From Chiloscyllium plagiosum (taxonomy: Eukaryota): a stretch of DNA of 64,000 nt. The translations under genes were made by a program, and so were the position numbers. The stretch covers positions 84,319,586-84,383,585 of the forward strand of contig NC_057718.1 in NCBI RefSeq assembly GCF_004010195.1. Direction: 5' to 3'. Each line of letters opens with the position of its first letter. Positions within the stretch are counted from its first letter, which is position 1. Positions 36,201-49,687 of the stretch are shown here, piece after piece. Below the pieces are notes generated by a model. The model ran no database searches. It was not told the DNA's origin and was given only the letters and a program-made list of their open reading frames with translations.

Positions 36201-39200
36201 TGGCATGTGCTAAGTATAGAATTACTTATTTCAAACCTATATCTACATTATGTATACAGCATTACCACAACACAATCCGTAGATAAACGTTTTGCAGTTT
36301 AGTTATACCAGAGGTTGAATTACCAACTTTTTCACGCAGAGGGTGGAATGAACTTCCAGAGGAAGTGGTGGAGACTGGTACAACTATATTTAAAAGGCAT
36401 CAGGATGGGAACATAAATAGGAAAGGAATTTAGCATGTCTGGTCAGCATGGATGAGTTAGACTGAAGGGTCTGTTTCTGTGCTATAAGTCTCCATGACTC
36501 TACTGTACACTGTTGCATGTGCAACATGATATGACTTGTTCTATCAGAAGATATTCATCATGGTATCAGATAAAATATTTCTCAAAAGTAATTTCCTGCC
36601 AGACAGCATATATATGGATTGTATCCATGTAGTGCTCATTGCAAACTTGAAACATAAATCAACAACTTGCATTTATATAATGTCCTTAAGACAAGTTCCA
36701 TTTTGCTTCAGAAGGAGAGAAATACGAGACAAAAACTGACACCATGTTAAAGGACCAAGTGGTTACGAGTTTGGTCAAAGGAGCAGGTTTAAAAGAAGGA
36801 AACAAAAATAGACAGTTAAAAGGAGGCAAATCCAAACCTGAAGTCAATGATAGAGAAATGCTTTATAGATTGGAAGAGCAAATATTCACAAAAGTACTAA
36901 GTACACATACACAATTCTCAAAGATGCAAGATCAGTTGGCAAATTTTAAAAAACAAAAAGGAAAACCTCTATTGATGATCTATTCTATTGCACAGCAAGG
37001 TCTTCAGAGGCATCAAGAAATTAAATTTATATGACACTACTTACATTGATATAACATTTATAATGTAGACAATCATTCCACAATATTTCAAAGTTGCGAT
37101 CAGGGAAAATTGATGCAGATCACATCAGGAATCCATGGAACAGTGACCCAAAGTTTGGTCAAAGAGGTGGGTACTTGGGACTACCTAAAAGAAGACAGAT
37201 GGAGATATCTAGAAAGCATTTCAGGAGGGTGTACCAGAGTTTAAGGCCATATAGGCTGAAAAGACAGATACCCAGTTAGAAGGTGAAAGATGTGGGCATG
37301 GGGCATGAGACCAGAATCTGAGGAACATGCGGGTTCTGAATGTTGTCAGGCTCAGGGAAACTACAGAAATGGAAATGGATAAGGCATGAAGGAGTTTGAA
37401 CATTAGGAAGTATTGGGAAATTGAGAGTCAATGAAGGTCAACAGGAATATGAGTGTTGGGTGAGCCGGAATTTGTGTGAAATAGGATAAAGGCTGTAGAG
37501 TTTTAAATTAAAACTACTTTAAACAGAATTTGCTCTTAGTGGAGATGCTTGGTAATCTAAAATGCAATAGTCTAAATAATGATTTGAGATCTCCTTAACT
37601 AAAATAATATAATGTAAACACCAAATGGTGATCATAGACAGCACACATATTCTGTCATCAAAGCACAATACACTGCAAGCACCTGGAACACAATGTACAG
37701 TAACTCAAAGTCTGTAACTGAGGTTCGGTTTGTTTACAAATAGACTGCGTTGAGGGCTAGTTAAATTTCTGACAATGCTCTACTTATAATGTAGATGTGG
37801 GTTTGAGCTAAGTAGTTCTATTTCAGAACAAAACTGCAATGAAGTGCCACAACATATTTCTGCAGCTCAGATCAGATCTATTTTTCAAGGGGTTTATTTA
37901 GTGCCCCCATTTTCAAACTGCATCAGCCAAAAGGAAGGGTTCAAAATCCCACATCGATGTAAGGTTGTAGCAATCCAGTGAGGTGGAACTTCAGATTCCA
38001 AATTTAGGAACAGATCAGTTAAATATGCTGGGTAGGTACACAATACCTGCACAGCCACAATGAAAGCCATCTGCCCCAATAAGACATTTACCATCTAATA
38101 TCTGGCTTCTGATTTGCGGGTGACAGAAGGTTACTTTTTTAAAAAAAAAGTAATGAATTCCAAATGGATCGAATTCTGGTCAGCTATGTTTAAGACCAGG
38201 AAACATTCAGCTTTGGCTGATAAATGTCAAATGCCAGGCAACATCCACCTCCAGAGAGAATCAAACTATATCCCTTTGATATCAAACGCTATTACCATCA
38301 ACGAATCCCTCACCATCAACACAGCAAGAACTGTCATTGATCAGATGAACCAGTTACATAAATTGTAGCTTTAAGAGCAAATCAGAGCTGAGAGCTCTGT
38401 GACAGTAACTCTTCACTCCCCACAGCTTTTCAAGACAATAAGTCACAAATGTTTTGGAATATTTTGCCCTTGCCGTGATCTACGGCTCCAAAAACTTTCA
38501 AGATGCTCAACCATCCAGGATAAAGCAGCCCATTTGATCAGCACCTCATCTCTTGCTTAAAAATTCACTTCTTCCAAAAATGACACATAGAAGCAGCAAA
38601 GTGTGCTTATATACAAGGTACTATATACAATGCAATGCAGCAATTCAAAGGTTCCTTTGACAGCACATTTCAAACCCATGACCAGTACCACTAGGGCAGC
38701 AGACATATAGGGTGAAATCTTTCCAGACACTGAACCCACTGGCATTGGTGAAAATGTAGAGAGAATTGCATGGGATCAGCAATAAGGAAATTCCCAATGG
38801 AATGTCTTATTCTCCAAGCAAGTGTTGAATGGTGATTCTCACTCGTCAGTGATGAGAAGCCTATTTGCATGTATTAATGTTCTCATTATAAAGTCTTCTT
38901 GCCTTGTTGATGTGCAGTTTCTATTTTTCCACCCACTTATAGAAAGTAGACAGTGACAATCCCCAGCATGAAAGTCAGAGCAGTTACCTAATAACATTAG
39001 CTTGCTCCTCCAGCCCTTCCTCTTGCACACCAGTGCCAACATCAAGGCAATCAACTGCATGCTCACCGCTGTCCACTGGGATCTCCATGGACCTCCAGCA
39101 AAGTGTCCTACCAATTTCCCTCTGTTCAACATGTCTGAAACATTTGACAGGAACTGTGCTGTGCAAACAAAACCAGGCAAGTGCTTTACTGGGTGCACAG

Positions 39201-39249
39201 CTAGACTTTAAAGATGGCTTCAGTACCAAGAATCCTCAGAAGTCCCAGC

Positions 39250-40562
39250 AGTCTCAAAAATTTGAAGAGGTTACTGAGAAGATGGATGAAGGCTGAGCAG
39301 TAGACATGTCTACAATGGACTTCAGCAAGGCCTTAGATGAGGTTCTGCATGGTGGACTAGTTAGTAAGGTTAAATCACATGAGATCCAGGTAGAACTAGT
39401 CAACTGATACAAAATTGGCTTGATCGTAGGAAACACAGGGTGGTGATAGAGGGTTATCAGACTGAAGGCCTGTGACCAATGGTACACCGCAAGGATCAGT
39501 GTTGGGTCCATTGTTGTTTGTCATTTATATAAATGACGTGGATGAGAACATAGGAGGCACGGTAAGTTTATGGATGACAGCAAAATTGGTGAAACAGTGG
39601 ACACTGATGAAGGGTTTATGCCCGAAACAACGATTCTCCTCCCCCGGGATGTTGCTTTTCCAGCACCGAACTCTCAACTCTGATCTCCAGTATCTGCAGT
39701 CCTCATTTTCTCCTAGTGAAGAAGAGTACAATGGGATCTTGATCAACTGGACCAATGAGCTGAGGAATGGCAGATGGAATTTAATGCAGATAAACATCAG
39801 ATGTTGCATTTTGGTAAGACAAACCAGGGCAGATCTTTCATGGTTAACAATAGGGCCCTGAGGAGTGCTGTTGAACAGAGAGACCTAGGGGTGCAGGTAC
39901 ATAGTTCCTTGAAAGTGGCATTACAAGTAGACAGGGTGATGAAGGCATTCAATTTGCTTGCCTTCATTGGTCACAGCATCGGTTATAGGAGTTGAGACGT
40001 CATGTTATGGCTGTACAAGACATTTGTAAGACCACATTTGGAGTACTGCATAGAAGAACTTTGGTTGCCCTGCTAAAGAAAAGATGTTATTAGACTGGAA
40101 AGGGTGCAAAAAAGATTTACAAGGATGTTACTGTGACTCAGTTAGTTATAAGAAGAGGCTGGATAGAATGGGGCGTTTTTTCCCTGCTGCATCAGAGGCC
40201 GAGGGGGTCATCTTATAGAGATTTATAAAATCGAGAAAGTCATGGATAGGGTGACTAGTTAAGGTCTTTTCCCCAGGATAGGGGAGTCCAAAACTATACA
40301 ACACGGGTTTAAGGTGAGAGAGGCAAGATTCAAAAAGGGCCTAAGGGGCAACTTTATCACAGAGGGTGGCATGTGTATGAAACAAGCTGTCAGAGAAGTG
40401 GTAGAGGTGGGAACAATTACAACATTTCAAAGCCATTTGACAGGTACATTGATGGGAAGGGTTTAGAGGGATATGATGCAAGCAATTGGGATTAGTTCAA
40501 TTTGGGAACCTGTTTGGCATGGACGAGTTGAGCTAAAGAGCTTGTTTCGGTGCAGTATGACT
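39250..40562 (+). mobile_element. CR1 LINE 3' portion
   Basis: GTPQGSVLGPLLFVIYINDVDENIGG, EQRDLGVQVHSSLK, and CR1 tail near 40560. Confidence 0.92.
39603..39715 (+). mobile_element. Short PLE-terminus insertion inside CR1 RT
   Basis: CTGATGAAGGGTTTATGCCCGAAAC plus family tail, inserted between CR1 GTGGAC and AGTGAAGAAG. Confidence 0.75.
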
Positions 40563-41900
40563 TTTGACACTGGTAAGTACTTGCACGAATGGCAAGTGGG
40601 AAAAAGTGACAAGTGGAACGCCATAGGAGTGTTGTGCTTCGATAATGAGATGAATTTGGGAAGATAGTGAGAGAAAATTCTTTAGGGCTTGCAAAGTAGC
40701 TTCCCAAGAAACTTATCAAAATTGACATCTAGCCAATTTCTGCTTATTCTTTTAAAGAAAGCACATAGGAGTATCACCTGAAAGTTTCCCTACAAACCAT
40801 GCACCATTCTGACTTGGAAACATATCAGTTTCCTCACTGTTACTGGAACTTCATTTCTAACGGCACTGAGTCTACCGACACCAAACAGATAGCAGCAGTT
40901 CAAAAAGGCAGCTCATTACCACCTTCTTAAGGATATTTTTAAAAACTTTATTTCTTTATTTTTCTACTATTATACTAAGCCTGTAGTGCTGAACTTTCTA
41001 AAACATTTCTTTATTTTTCTACATCTGTAATTAAGATTTTGTACCTGGGTACTTTGTACCTAAGATGGCTGTGTGTCTGGTGACATTCTATACTTTTTAC
41101 ACCTGCCCTCTTTTCAGAGTTCATGTGACAATAAAACCTAAATCTAAATTTAGGATGGGTAATGAATATTGGCCTTGCCAGCAAATGAAAGAATTAAAAT
41201 AAAACTTCAGTTCATTTGTAACACTTTCAGCCAAGTCAACGCTTTTGGGTTCAAATCCTACTCCAGTACTTAGGCACAATATTCAATGCTGACACTCCAG
41301 GTCAGTACAAAAGCAGTACTGTGTTGTGGGCCTTGTTTTTATAGGTAACGTGGCCCAATGCCCAATCACCACACAAAAAAAAATCCCATGATACTATTTT
41401 GAACAGCAAAGAAGGTTTTCCAAACATCCTGGCCAATATTTATCTCTCAAATCAATATCACTAAAACAGATTATCTGAACTGGAATCTCAATGCTTTCTG
41501 TGGAGGGCTTCTTGTGCATAATTCTGTTGTTGCATTCATTACATTACATCATTGACATTTCTCTTAAAACAATTAATTTACTCACAAAACTCGTAGACTG
41601 AGACTTTACAAAAAAAAGAATTCACTTGACTGTTACAGAAGGGGCAAGAGAAAGTTAATGTGTCTCAATACAGCACCTCCTACTCTATACTATTGTAATA
41701 GTCTTAATATTGGCAAATTACTTACCATGACAAGTAAAAAGGCCAACGGCAAAACATTTCAATTTGGAAATTACAGACTTGCAATAAGTGTAAAACTTTC
41801 TTCAATGTCAATTTCCATTCAGAGGTGCCTCAATACATTTTCAATACTCTTGCTCTACAAGGTATATTCTTCGTAAGGCACCCAACACAAGGATACAACA

Positions 41901-42033
41901 TGATTTGGAGGTGCCGGTGTTGGACTGGGGTGCACAAAGTGTATTAACTACCTGATGAATGAGCAGCACTCTGAAAGCTAGTGCTTCCAAATAAACCTGT
42001 TGGACTATATCCTGGTGTTGTATGATTTTTAAC
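41901..42033 (+). mobile_element. Tiny PLE-terminus insertion with hammerhead-like core
   Basis: CCTGATGAATGAGCAGCACTCTGAAAGCTAG. Perfect 13-bp TSD CAAGGATACAACA (41888-41900, 42034-42046). Confidence 0.78.
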
Positions 42034-43785
42034 CAAGGATACAACAGTTTCCAACAGCTGGATTTTTAAATGCCTCAAAAGGACTTCACTGCACATAAAA
42101 GTGCTTTAGCATTTCCTAAGACTGTGGAAAGTGCAACACAAATGCAAGGCCATTCTTTTCCTTCATGCTATCTGCTTTTTGCAATGTAATTTAAATAATA
42201 AGTTTTGAAAGAAAGTGTTAACCTGTGCAAATCTATATGCAATAGAGCGGAAAACGCTGAGGTACTTTAGCCACAGACAACATGCAATACTTCCTTTGAA
42301 GCACAAGATGAAGCAGATAAAGACACAATCTTTGTCTTATTTCCAAAGTAAAAACTACAATAACAACACTTTTAGTTAACTTGTTATATTTCTGATTGAA
42401 ACTGGCAGCACCTCACTCACAAATACAAAAGGTTTCTGTCCTCACCTAATTAAACTTCAACGGTATCTGCTTTTTAAAAGATACCTACTCCCAACTGATC
42501 TCTATATAGGGTTGTGATACAAAGGTACAAAGAACAAAGCAATATTCTCCATAAAATCAACAGATGATATCAAGCTACCCAAGAAATTATAGATTAGGTA
42601 CAGAGATCGAGAACAGACATAGAAATTGAGAAACCTAAAGAGATTATCAGATTCTGCACAGTGCACAGTTCAGAAGCTCCAACCTTCATGCACCTCCCTC
42701 ACTTGTCTCATTTGGCTCCTACTACTCCTCCTGATCAAGGGTTTTTGGAGGCTGGAGATCAACAATTCTTATAGCTAGTTACTGAAGCAGAGCTATAGGA
42801 ACTAAATTAGATCATTTAGTCCCTCCGTTGGAACATGAGTAAGCCCTTTGGTCCTTAAAGCCTGGTCCTGCATTCAGTCTCAATTCCAACTTCTTGTCTG
42901 TCCCCAATAAACCTCAATTGCCTTGTCTAACTTAGCCTTGAGTAAATTAAATAACAGAGTTTCCACTGTCTTATCTGGAAGTGAATTCCACAAACTAATG
43001 ATTTGGAGTGAATTCTTTTTCCCTTCCTCTTCACCTGAAAAATGAAGACCTCTTACTTTTAAAATTGTGCCCTCCAGCATTCACCACTATTTGATTAGAT
43101 TATAGCTGATCTGGTATGGCACTCAACTCTAGTCAAGTTCATGGAATGCAGACAGTCAACAAATCAGGATCTTATCAAATGGCAGAACAAGCTCTAGAGA
43201 CTGAATGGACTAATCCTTCCTCAAATTTGTATGTCACTTTGTATGTTTGTCTGTATTAAGAAATAAAGATAAAACTGATCCAATTCTTTTGTGAAAGATA
43301 TACTGAATCTGTATCCATTATTCTATCAAACAGTGCACTTTGTCTTCATGTTGCCTCTGCTTCTTTTTACAATTCCTTCAACTTGTGTCATCGCATTATT
43401 AAACCATCAGCCACTAGAAAAATTTATATTTACTCTACCTAAACCTTCAGGATTTTAAATATCGCCATCAAATCTCCTCTTAATTTATTCTAAGGAGAGC
43501 AACTCCAGCTTCACTTCACTTAACTGTAAACATACTAGCAAAAGTATTCTGCACCCTCTTCAAATCCTTTGCACTATTTCTAAACCAGTGTCTAAAATTG
43601 ACTGTGATACCTTAGCTTTGGGTGCATTAGAATATAGCTGTATATAGTATGAGCACGAATAGTGCTCTACACCTCTATTTAAAAAGCCCAGATTCCCATC
43701 AATGCTATGAACCGCTTTGCTAAATTGTCATGTCATATTTACAGATCTATACAAAGCCACCCATGGACCCTTTTCACTTTTTTTT

Positions 43786-44062
43786 AGATTAGATTACTTA
43801 GTGTGGAAACAGGCCCTTCAGTCCAACAAGTCCACACCAACCTGCCAAAGCGCAACCCACCCAGACCCATTCCCCTAACACTACGGGCAATTTAGCATGG
43901 CCAATTCACCTAACCTGCACATTTTTGGACTGTGGGAGGAAATCCACGCAGACACGGGGAGAATGTGCAAACTCCACACAGGCAGTCGCCTGAGGCAGGA
44001 ATTGAACCCAGATCTCTGGCACTGTGAAGTAGCAGTGCTAACCACTGTGTCACCATGCCGCT
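43786..44062 (-). mobile_element. HE1/V-SINE-like SINE
   Basis: Reverse complement of the same family as 8373-8698 and 30160-30463; (TTAGA)n tail. Confidence 0.88.
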
Positions 44063-44529
44063 CCTTCTTTCAAGTACACTCTTAAATTGTATCATTAAGC
44101 ATATATTGTCTTCACGCTCCCTAACAAAATACATCATTTCACTTTTTTGTGTTGCATTCCTTCTGCTACATGTCCTCTCAAAGTCTATTGCTCACTTTCT
44201 CACCATTTCCTATATTTAAGGTAATTTGCATATATAAAAATATAATTGGATATAAATCTAATTTACTAATGCTTAGCAAAAACAGTGGTACTCTAGTACT
44301 TAACCTTAGGAAATTCCAGTGTATACCTTCCTTTAGCCCAAAACAAACCACTCATAACAAATACTTTCTAATTTTTGCCAATTTTATATTATCCCTACTG
44401 TTACATCTCATTTTATGCCATCAGCTTCAATTGTTACTGACAAGTTTGAAGTGTCACTCCATCAAAAAATGGTTGAATGTTCATATAAATAACAACTGCA
44501 CTGCCATCATTTATCCTTTCTGTTAACAT

Positions 44530-45242
44530 ATTCAGCCACAATATGATCTCGCAACTCCTATACTCAATGCTCTGACCAATAAAGGAAAGCACCTTCTTCA
44601 CTATCCTATCTACCTGCGACTGCACTTTCAAGGAACTATGAACCTATACTCCAAGGTCTCTTTGTTTAGCAACATTTTCCCTATTGGTTAGGCCACTTTT
44701 GGAATATTGTCTGCAATTTTTGTCTCCCTCCTTTCAGGAAGGACGCTGTGAAACTTGAAAAGGGTTCAGAAAAGATTTACAAGGATGTTGCCAGGTTTGG
44801 AGGATTTGAGCTATAGGGAGAGGTTGAATAGGCTGGGGCAGTTTTCCCCGGAGCGTCAGAGGCTGAGGGGTGACCTTATAGAGGTTTACAAAATCATGAG
44901 GGGCATGGATAGGGTAAATAGACAAGGTCTTCTCCCCAGGGTGAGGGAGTCCAGAACTGGAGGGCATAGGTTTAGGGTGAGGGGGGGGAAAATGTCAAAG
45001 GGACCTAAGGGGTAATCTTTTCACGCAGAGGTTGGTGCATATATGGAATGAGCTGCCAGAGGAAGTAGAGGAGGCTGGTATAATTGCAACATTTAAAAAG
45101 GCATCTGGATGGATTTATGAATAGGAAGGGTTCAGAGAGATATGGGCCAACTGCTGGACTAGATTAGGTTAGGTTAGGATATCTAGTCGGCATGGATGAG
45201 TTAGGCCAAAGGGTCTGTTTCCGTGCTGTGCATCTCTGACTC
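44530..45242 (+). mobile_element. CR1 3' fragment with inverted 5' segment
   Basis: 44530-44681 is minus-strand CR1 (KVQSQVDRIVKK..FIGQSIEYRS); 44682-45242 is its plus-strand continuation (VQKRFTRMLPGL) through to the tail. Confidence 0.85.
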
Positions 45243-45844
45243 AAGTCAAATATAACTTATCCAAAACAAACCCTAGCTCTCTTTTATCCATCTACAATTG
45301 TGGAAGTGGCTACTAATATTTTCCTGCTTGTTTCTAAATGTTTCTCCATGAGCAGACTTAAATTCACTTGACGATAATTGTCATATTTACCCTTTGCCTT
45401 GTCCTGAACAAGGCTGCAATACCTGCAGTCCTCCAATCCTTTTGGAACCACCTCTATATCTAAGCAGCAGAGGAAGATGCTCTGAACCTCTACCCTTACT
45501 TCCCCAGCATATGGCACACCTGGCCTCGATAACTTAATTCGAAATACAGCCAGCCTTGCACTGCCTATTTTTATGGTATCCAGTATTCCAACAACCTCAT
45601 TTAGCTTTAGCAATATCTTCTTCATTGGTGAACACTTCTACAGAATACTTCTCAAAAATCACAAACCTGTTTAGTATCTCCGTCATGCCATCTATCTCCA
45701 CCAGTAGACTGTCTTTTTGGCCCTGCATAGGCCCCAGAACCTGTCTGATAACCCTTTTACTGCTATTATGCTTAAAGATGCCCTCTGTTAGATTTATCCT
45801 TAATATGCTGAAATTATCTTCCTTTAGTTAAGCATTTTACTGGT

Positions 45845-46125
45845 GTGCATGATGGCCTAGTGGTATTATCACTGGATTGTTAATCCAGAGGCCCAGGCTC
45901 TGGTGACCAAAGTTCGAATCCTGTCACAGCAAATGGTAGAATTTGAATTCAATTTTTAAAATCTGGAATTAAGAGTCTAATGACTATGAATCCATTGCCA
46001 ATTGTTGGCAAAAACCCATTTGGTTCAGTAATGGCCTTTAGGAAGGAAGCTACCATCCTTACCTGGTCTGGCCTACTTGTGATTCTAGACTCTCAGCAAT
46101 GTGATTGACTCTTAACTAGTCCTAA
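45845..46125 (+). mobile_element. tRNA-derived SINE (second family)
   Basis: A-box TGGCCTAGTGG and B-box GTTCGAATCC followed by a non-tRNA body. Confidence 0.6.
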
Positions 46126-46959
46126 CTAATCTTCATTTTATTTAATACAATGGTCACTATTGGCTAGATGCTCCCCAACTTTGACATTCACCAATTCATC
46201 CATCACATTCCTCAGGCCAAAATCCAGCCGTACCTCCTTCCTCATTGGGCAGAAAACATATTGACCAAGAACATGCTCCCAAACTTCAGAAATACCCTTC
46301 TCTACCGTTAACAAAACTACTATCCCATTCCATGCTGGTTAAGTTATCTCATCTTATTATCATGACTCTATAATTCCTGCACTTGTGTAATTTCTTTGCA
46401 AGCCTGTTATTTTATTCCCTTCCTACTACTCAGAGACTTATAAAATACAAGTGATGTTGTGGCTCTTCTTTTTTTCCCTAAATTCCAAGTAAATAAATTA
46501 TCCCCTTAAAGGCAATATCTCTTCCAAACACAAAGGTTCACAAATACAACTGACAACACTGGATCTACTTCAGTACCACTTCTCTTCACCATCACTGATT
46601 TGTCACACTTCTTATCTGACCACTAGTACTAAATGAGTATAAACTTTCTCCAATTAACCATTGAAAAGACTGAAACCATTGCCTTCCATCTCCAAAAACT
46701 CCATTCCCTATCCATTTTTATCCCTTTCCCCAGCAGTTCTCTCTACACATCTGCCCCAGCCTACTTTCATCTCTGTATCATTCACAAACTCAGATCTGAC
46801 CTCAGAACATCTGCTACTGAATTCTTCACTAAACACTTCCTATTGCCTTAACAATTACCACATTCTCCTCATCGACATCCAGCCTTCTACCTTCCACAAC
46901 CTTCAGCTTAATAATCCTGCAGCTCATATCCTATGCTTTAGCACCCCATTCACCCATTA

Positions 46960-47165
46960 CAGTTATATGTAGTTGGTTTGCAAAGCAGTGTAATGCCAAC
47001 AGCTTGGGTTCAATTCCCACACCTGCTGAGGTTACCATGAAGGACACTACTTCTCAATCTTCACCTCATCCGAGGTGTGGCAGCCCTCAGATCAGATTAC
47101 CACCAATCATCTCTCTCTAACGACAGAGCAGCCCTATAGCCTGGTAAGATTATGGTGGCTTGACC
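46960..47165 (+). mobile_element. tRNA-derived SINE (third family; second copy at ~48945-49150)
   Basis: B-box GGGTTCAATTCC. The body GCTGAGG..ACCAT...CCCTCAG...GAGAGCA..CCTAT is shared between the two copies. Confidence 0.55.
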
Positions 47166-48097
47166 TGACCCCTACATGCTTCCTGGCCAAACTGCCTCTC
47201 AGTTCAGCAAGACCTCTGTTCTACCATTTCATCCTTGATTCCAAATCCCTCCATGATCTCATCTCAATTTTTTGTGTAACCTTCTCCAGCCCCACAACCT
47301 CGAAGATCACTGGTTCTCCATTTCTAGCCTCTGATACAATCCCGATTTTAGTCACTCCTTTAGTTGAGATCATTTTTACCTGCTAGGGCTCATACTTTTG
47401 GAATTTCCTCCATAAACATCCACAGTTTCTCCAGGATAAATGGCAAAATTATCAAAAGCCATGTACGGAGAAAGTATTTTTAAAAAAGGGTGCATTTAGG
47501 ATCTTAAGTGCATTTCGCAAGTGCGTGGAGAAGGTAGATTCAATTTTGGTTTTCAAATAATTATCCAATTTCTTTTTGAAGAGAAAATATTTGTAGGCTA
47601 CGAGGAAAAAATGGGACAATGGGATTCTTGTAGACAACATGAATAGGACAATTTGTATGTCTTCAGATTGTGCTGAAACCATTCTGCGTCCATAAGACAC
47701 TCCCTGCGAGATCGGAACCAGATGGATTTTATTGACTACGAGATCCTTGACCGGGGTTGTTAACCTGGGTCAACCAGAGAGCCGTGTCTGACTGATATAA
47801 ACAGAATATTCAGAATACCCACACTTCAGGGACCCACACCGAGCTGGCTGGCCACATGTAGATAAAGGGTGACTTGGTGACCTCTGCAGTTATTTCAATC
47901 CCTAAAATCTAACTCTTCAATCAAAGGAAGATGATTTAAGGTGACTAGTTAAAAAGACAGAAATAGATACTGTAACATGGTAAGCCTACAGGATTAGGCA
48001 CACCCATCACAGAGAGATAAATACCACACATTGATTGGATTGAGCAACAATTCCCATTATTGTTATAAAACATATTTTGTCTCTTTTACAAAGAGAG

Positions 48098-48436
48098 CAG
48101 AACGGTGGCTCAGTGGTTAGCACTGCTGCCTCAAAGGGACCCAGGTTAAATTCCAGTCTTTGGCAATTGTTTGTATGGAGTTTGCACATTCTCCCAGTGT
48201 CTGCGTGGGTTTCCTCTGGGTGCTCAGTTTTCCTCCCACAATCCAAAGATGTGCAGGTCAGGTCAACTGGCCATGCTAGATTGCCCATAGGGATGTGTAG
48301 GTTAGATAGATTAGTCAGGGGCAAATATAGGATAGGGAATGGGTCTGGGTGGGTTACTCTCCAGAGGGTCGGCGTGGACTTGTTGGGCCAAAGGGCCTGT
48401 TTCCACACTGTAGGAATTCTAATTCTAATCCTAATT
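48098..48436 (+). mobile_element. HE1/V-SINE-like SINE
   Basis: GGTGGCTCAGTGGTTAGCACTGCTGCCTCA head, V-domain, (AATTCT)n tail. Confidence 0.88.
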
Positions 48437-49183
48437 TAAATGTAGACCTAATGGTTCTTTCAAAGTATTAACTTGTGTGATTAGGATGATCATTTGTGTC
48501 TTCAAACATTCAGTTCTCCAAATTGCAAAGAGGCATAGGTAGCAGACTACAGCATATCTGCTATCAGTGGTGTTTCCGTAATGGGAAAGTGCATTCTATT
48601 CAGTTTTCTATTTCAATATTAGTTTGTAAGAAACCGTGTATGTACAAGGCAGAGTGGTTAGTGACGGGTTCAACCTGTTTTCCCAAGCATACAACTCAAG
48701 CACATCAGCTACATTTAACTTTAACACACCACAATGACTCAAAGCCACAGACGCTCTGACTTAAGTACTTTTTGCTACTTTGTTACCCAACAATTCCAGG
48801 AGTGAAACATCAAAATAAAGGTATTGACACTTCTTTTCTTTGCTGCTAACATATCTGCAGTTCTTCCCACATCTCCTGCACAATGACTGAAGAGGCATGC
48901 CAATATACTGTAAACACCTACCAATATAGCACTGGGATATAAATGGGGTCAGATAGATCAGTTGGCTGGATGGCTGGTTTGTCACCAACAGTGCAGGTTC
49001 AGTCCCTGTGCCGGCTGAGGCCACCATTAAGGTTCTATCTTAACAACCTCATCCATCACCTGGGGCATTGTAGCCCTCAGGTTAAACTCACCACTAGGCT
49101 TCCCCATCTAATGAGAGAGCAAACCTATGGTCCTCTGAGATGATAGCACCTAAATGGAGGAGACTCAAAACGGTTGGGTCTGG

Positions 49184-49687
49184 GCGAGTTTGAGAGAATT
49201 TGTAGCTCCAGTTAAGCTTCTGGATGTAGGTTTGTTCAGTGAGCTGGAAGGTTCATTTCCAGACATTTCGTCACCCTACTAGGTAACATCTTCAGTGGGC
49301 CTCAGGCAAAGCACTGTACATGATTCCTGCTTGCTTTCTATTTACATGCTTGGGTTTCTTTGGGTTGGTGTTGTTATTTCCTGTGATGTCATTTCCTGTT
49401 CTTTTTCTCAGGGGATGGTAGATGGGGGTCTGACTATGTGTTTGTTGTTAGAGTTCTGGTTGGAATGCTGTGCTTCTAAGAATTCTCATGCATGTCTCTG
49501 TTTGGATTGTCCTAGGATGGATGTGTTGTCCCAGTCGAAGTGATGTCCTTTCATATCTGTATGTAAGGATGCTAGTGACAGAGGGTCATGGCGTTTTGTG
49601 GCTAGTTGGTGTTCATGTATCCAGGTGGCTAGTGTTACGGAACATCTAGAAATGAACCTTCCAGCTCAGCGAGCAAACCTACATCCA
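49184..49687 (-). mobile_element. PLE 3' fragment (Poseidon-like GIY-YIG C-terminus, hammerhead, inverted terminal segment)
   Basis: Minus strand translates roughly WIHEHQLATKRHDPLSL...HHFDWDNTSILGQ...EFLEA. ~49640-49687 is an inverted copy of ~49219-49265. Perfect 12-bp TSD GGTTGGGTCTGG (49172-49183, 49688-49699). Confidence 0.82.
49257..49299 (-). ncRNA. Hammerhead ribozyme motif
   Basis: Minus strand CCA-CTGAAGA-T-GTTACC-TAGTAG-GGTGAC-GAAAT-GTC-TGG: 6-bp stem II, CCA/TGG stem I, GAAAC changed to GAAAT. Confidence 0.68.

Noticed and set aside
36536..37403. Cluster of short plus-strand ORFs as a nested gene
   Set aside because: No recognisable domain or consistent splice pattern; looks like decayed repeat or intron sequence.
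47660..47897. Possible further LTR fragments (also ~49962-50270, ~51790-52150, ~58710-59300)
   Set aside because: I could not identify both termini and a TSD, so they are not called.
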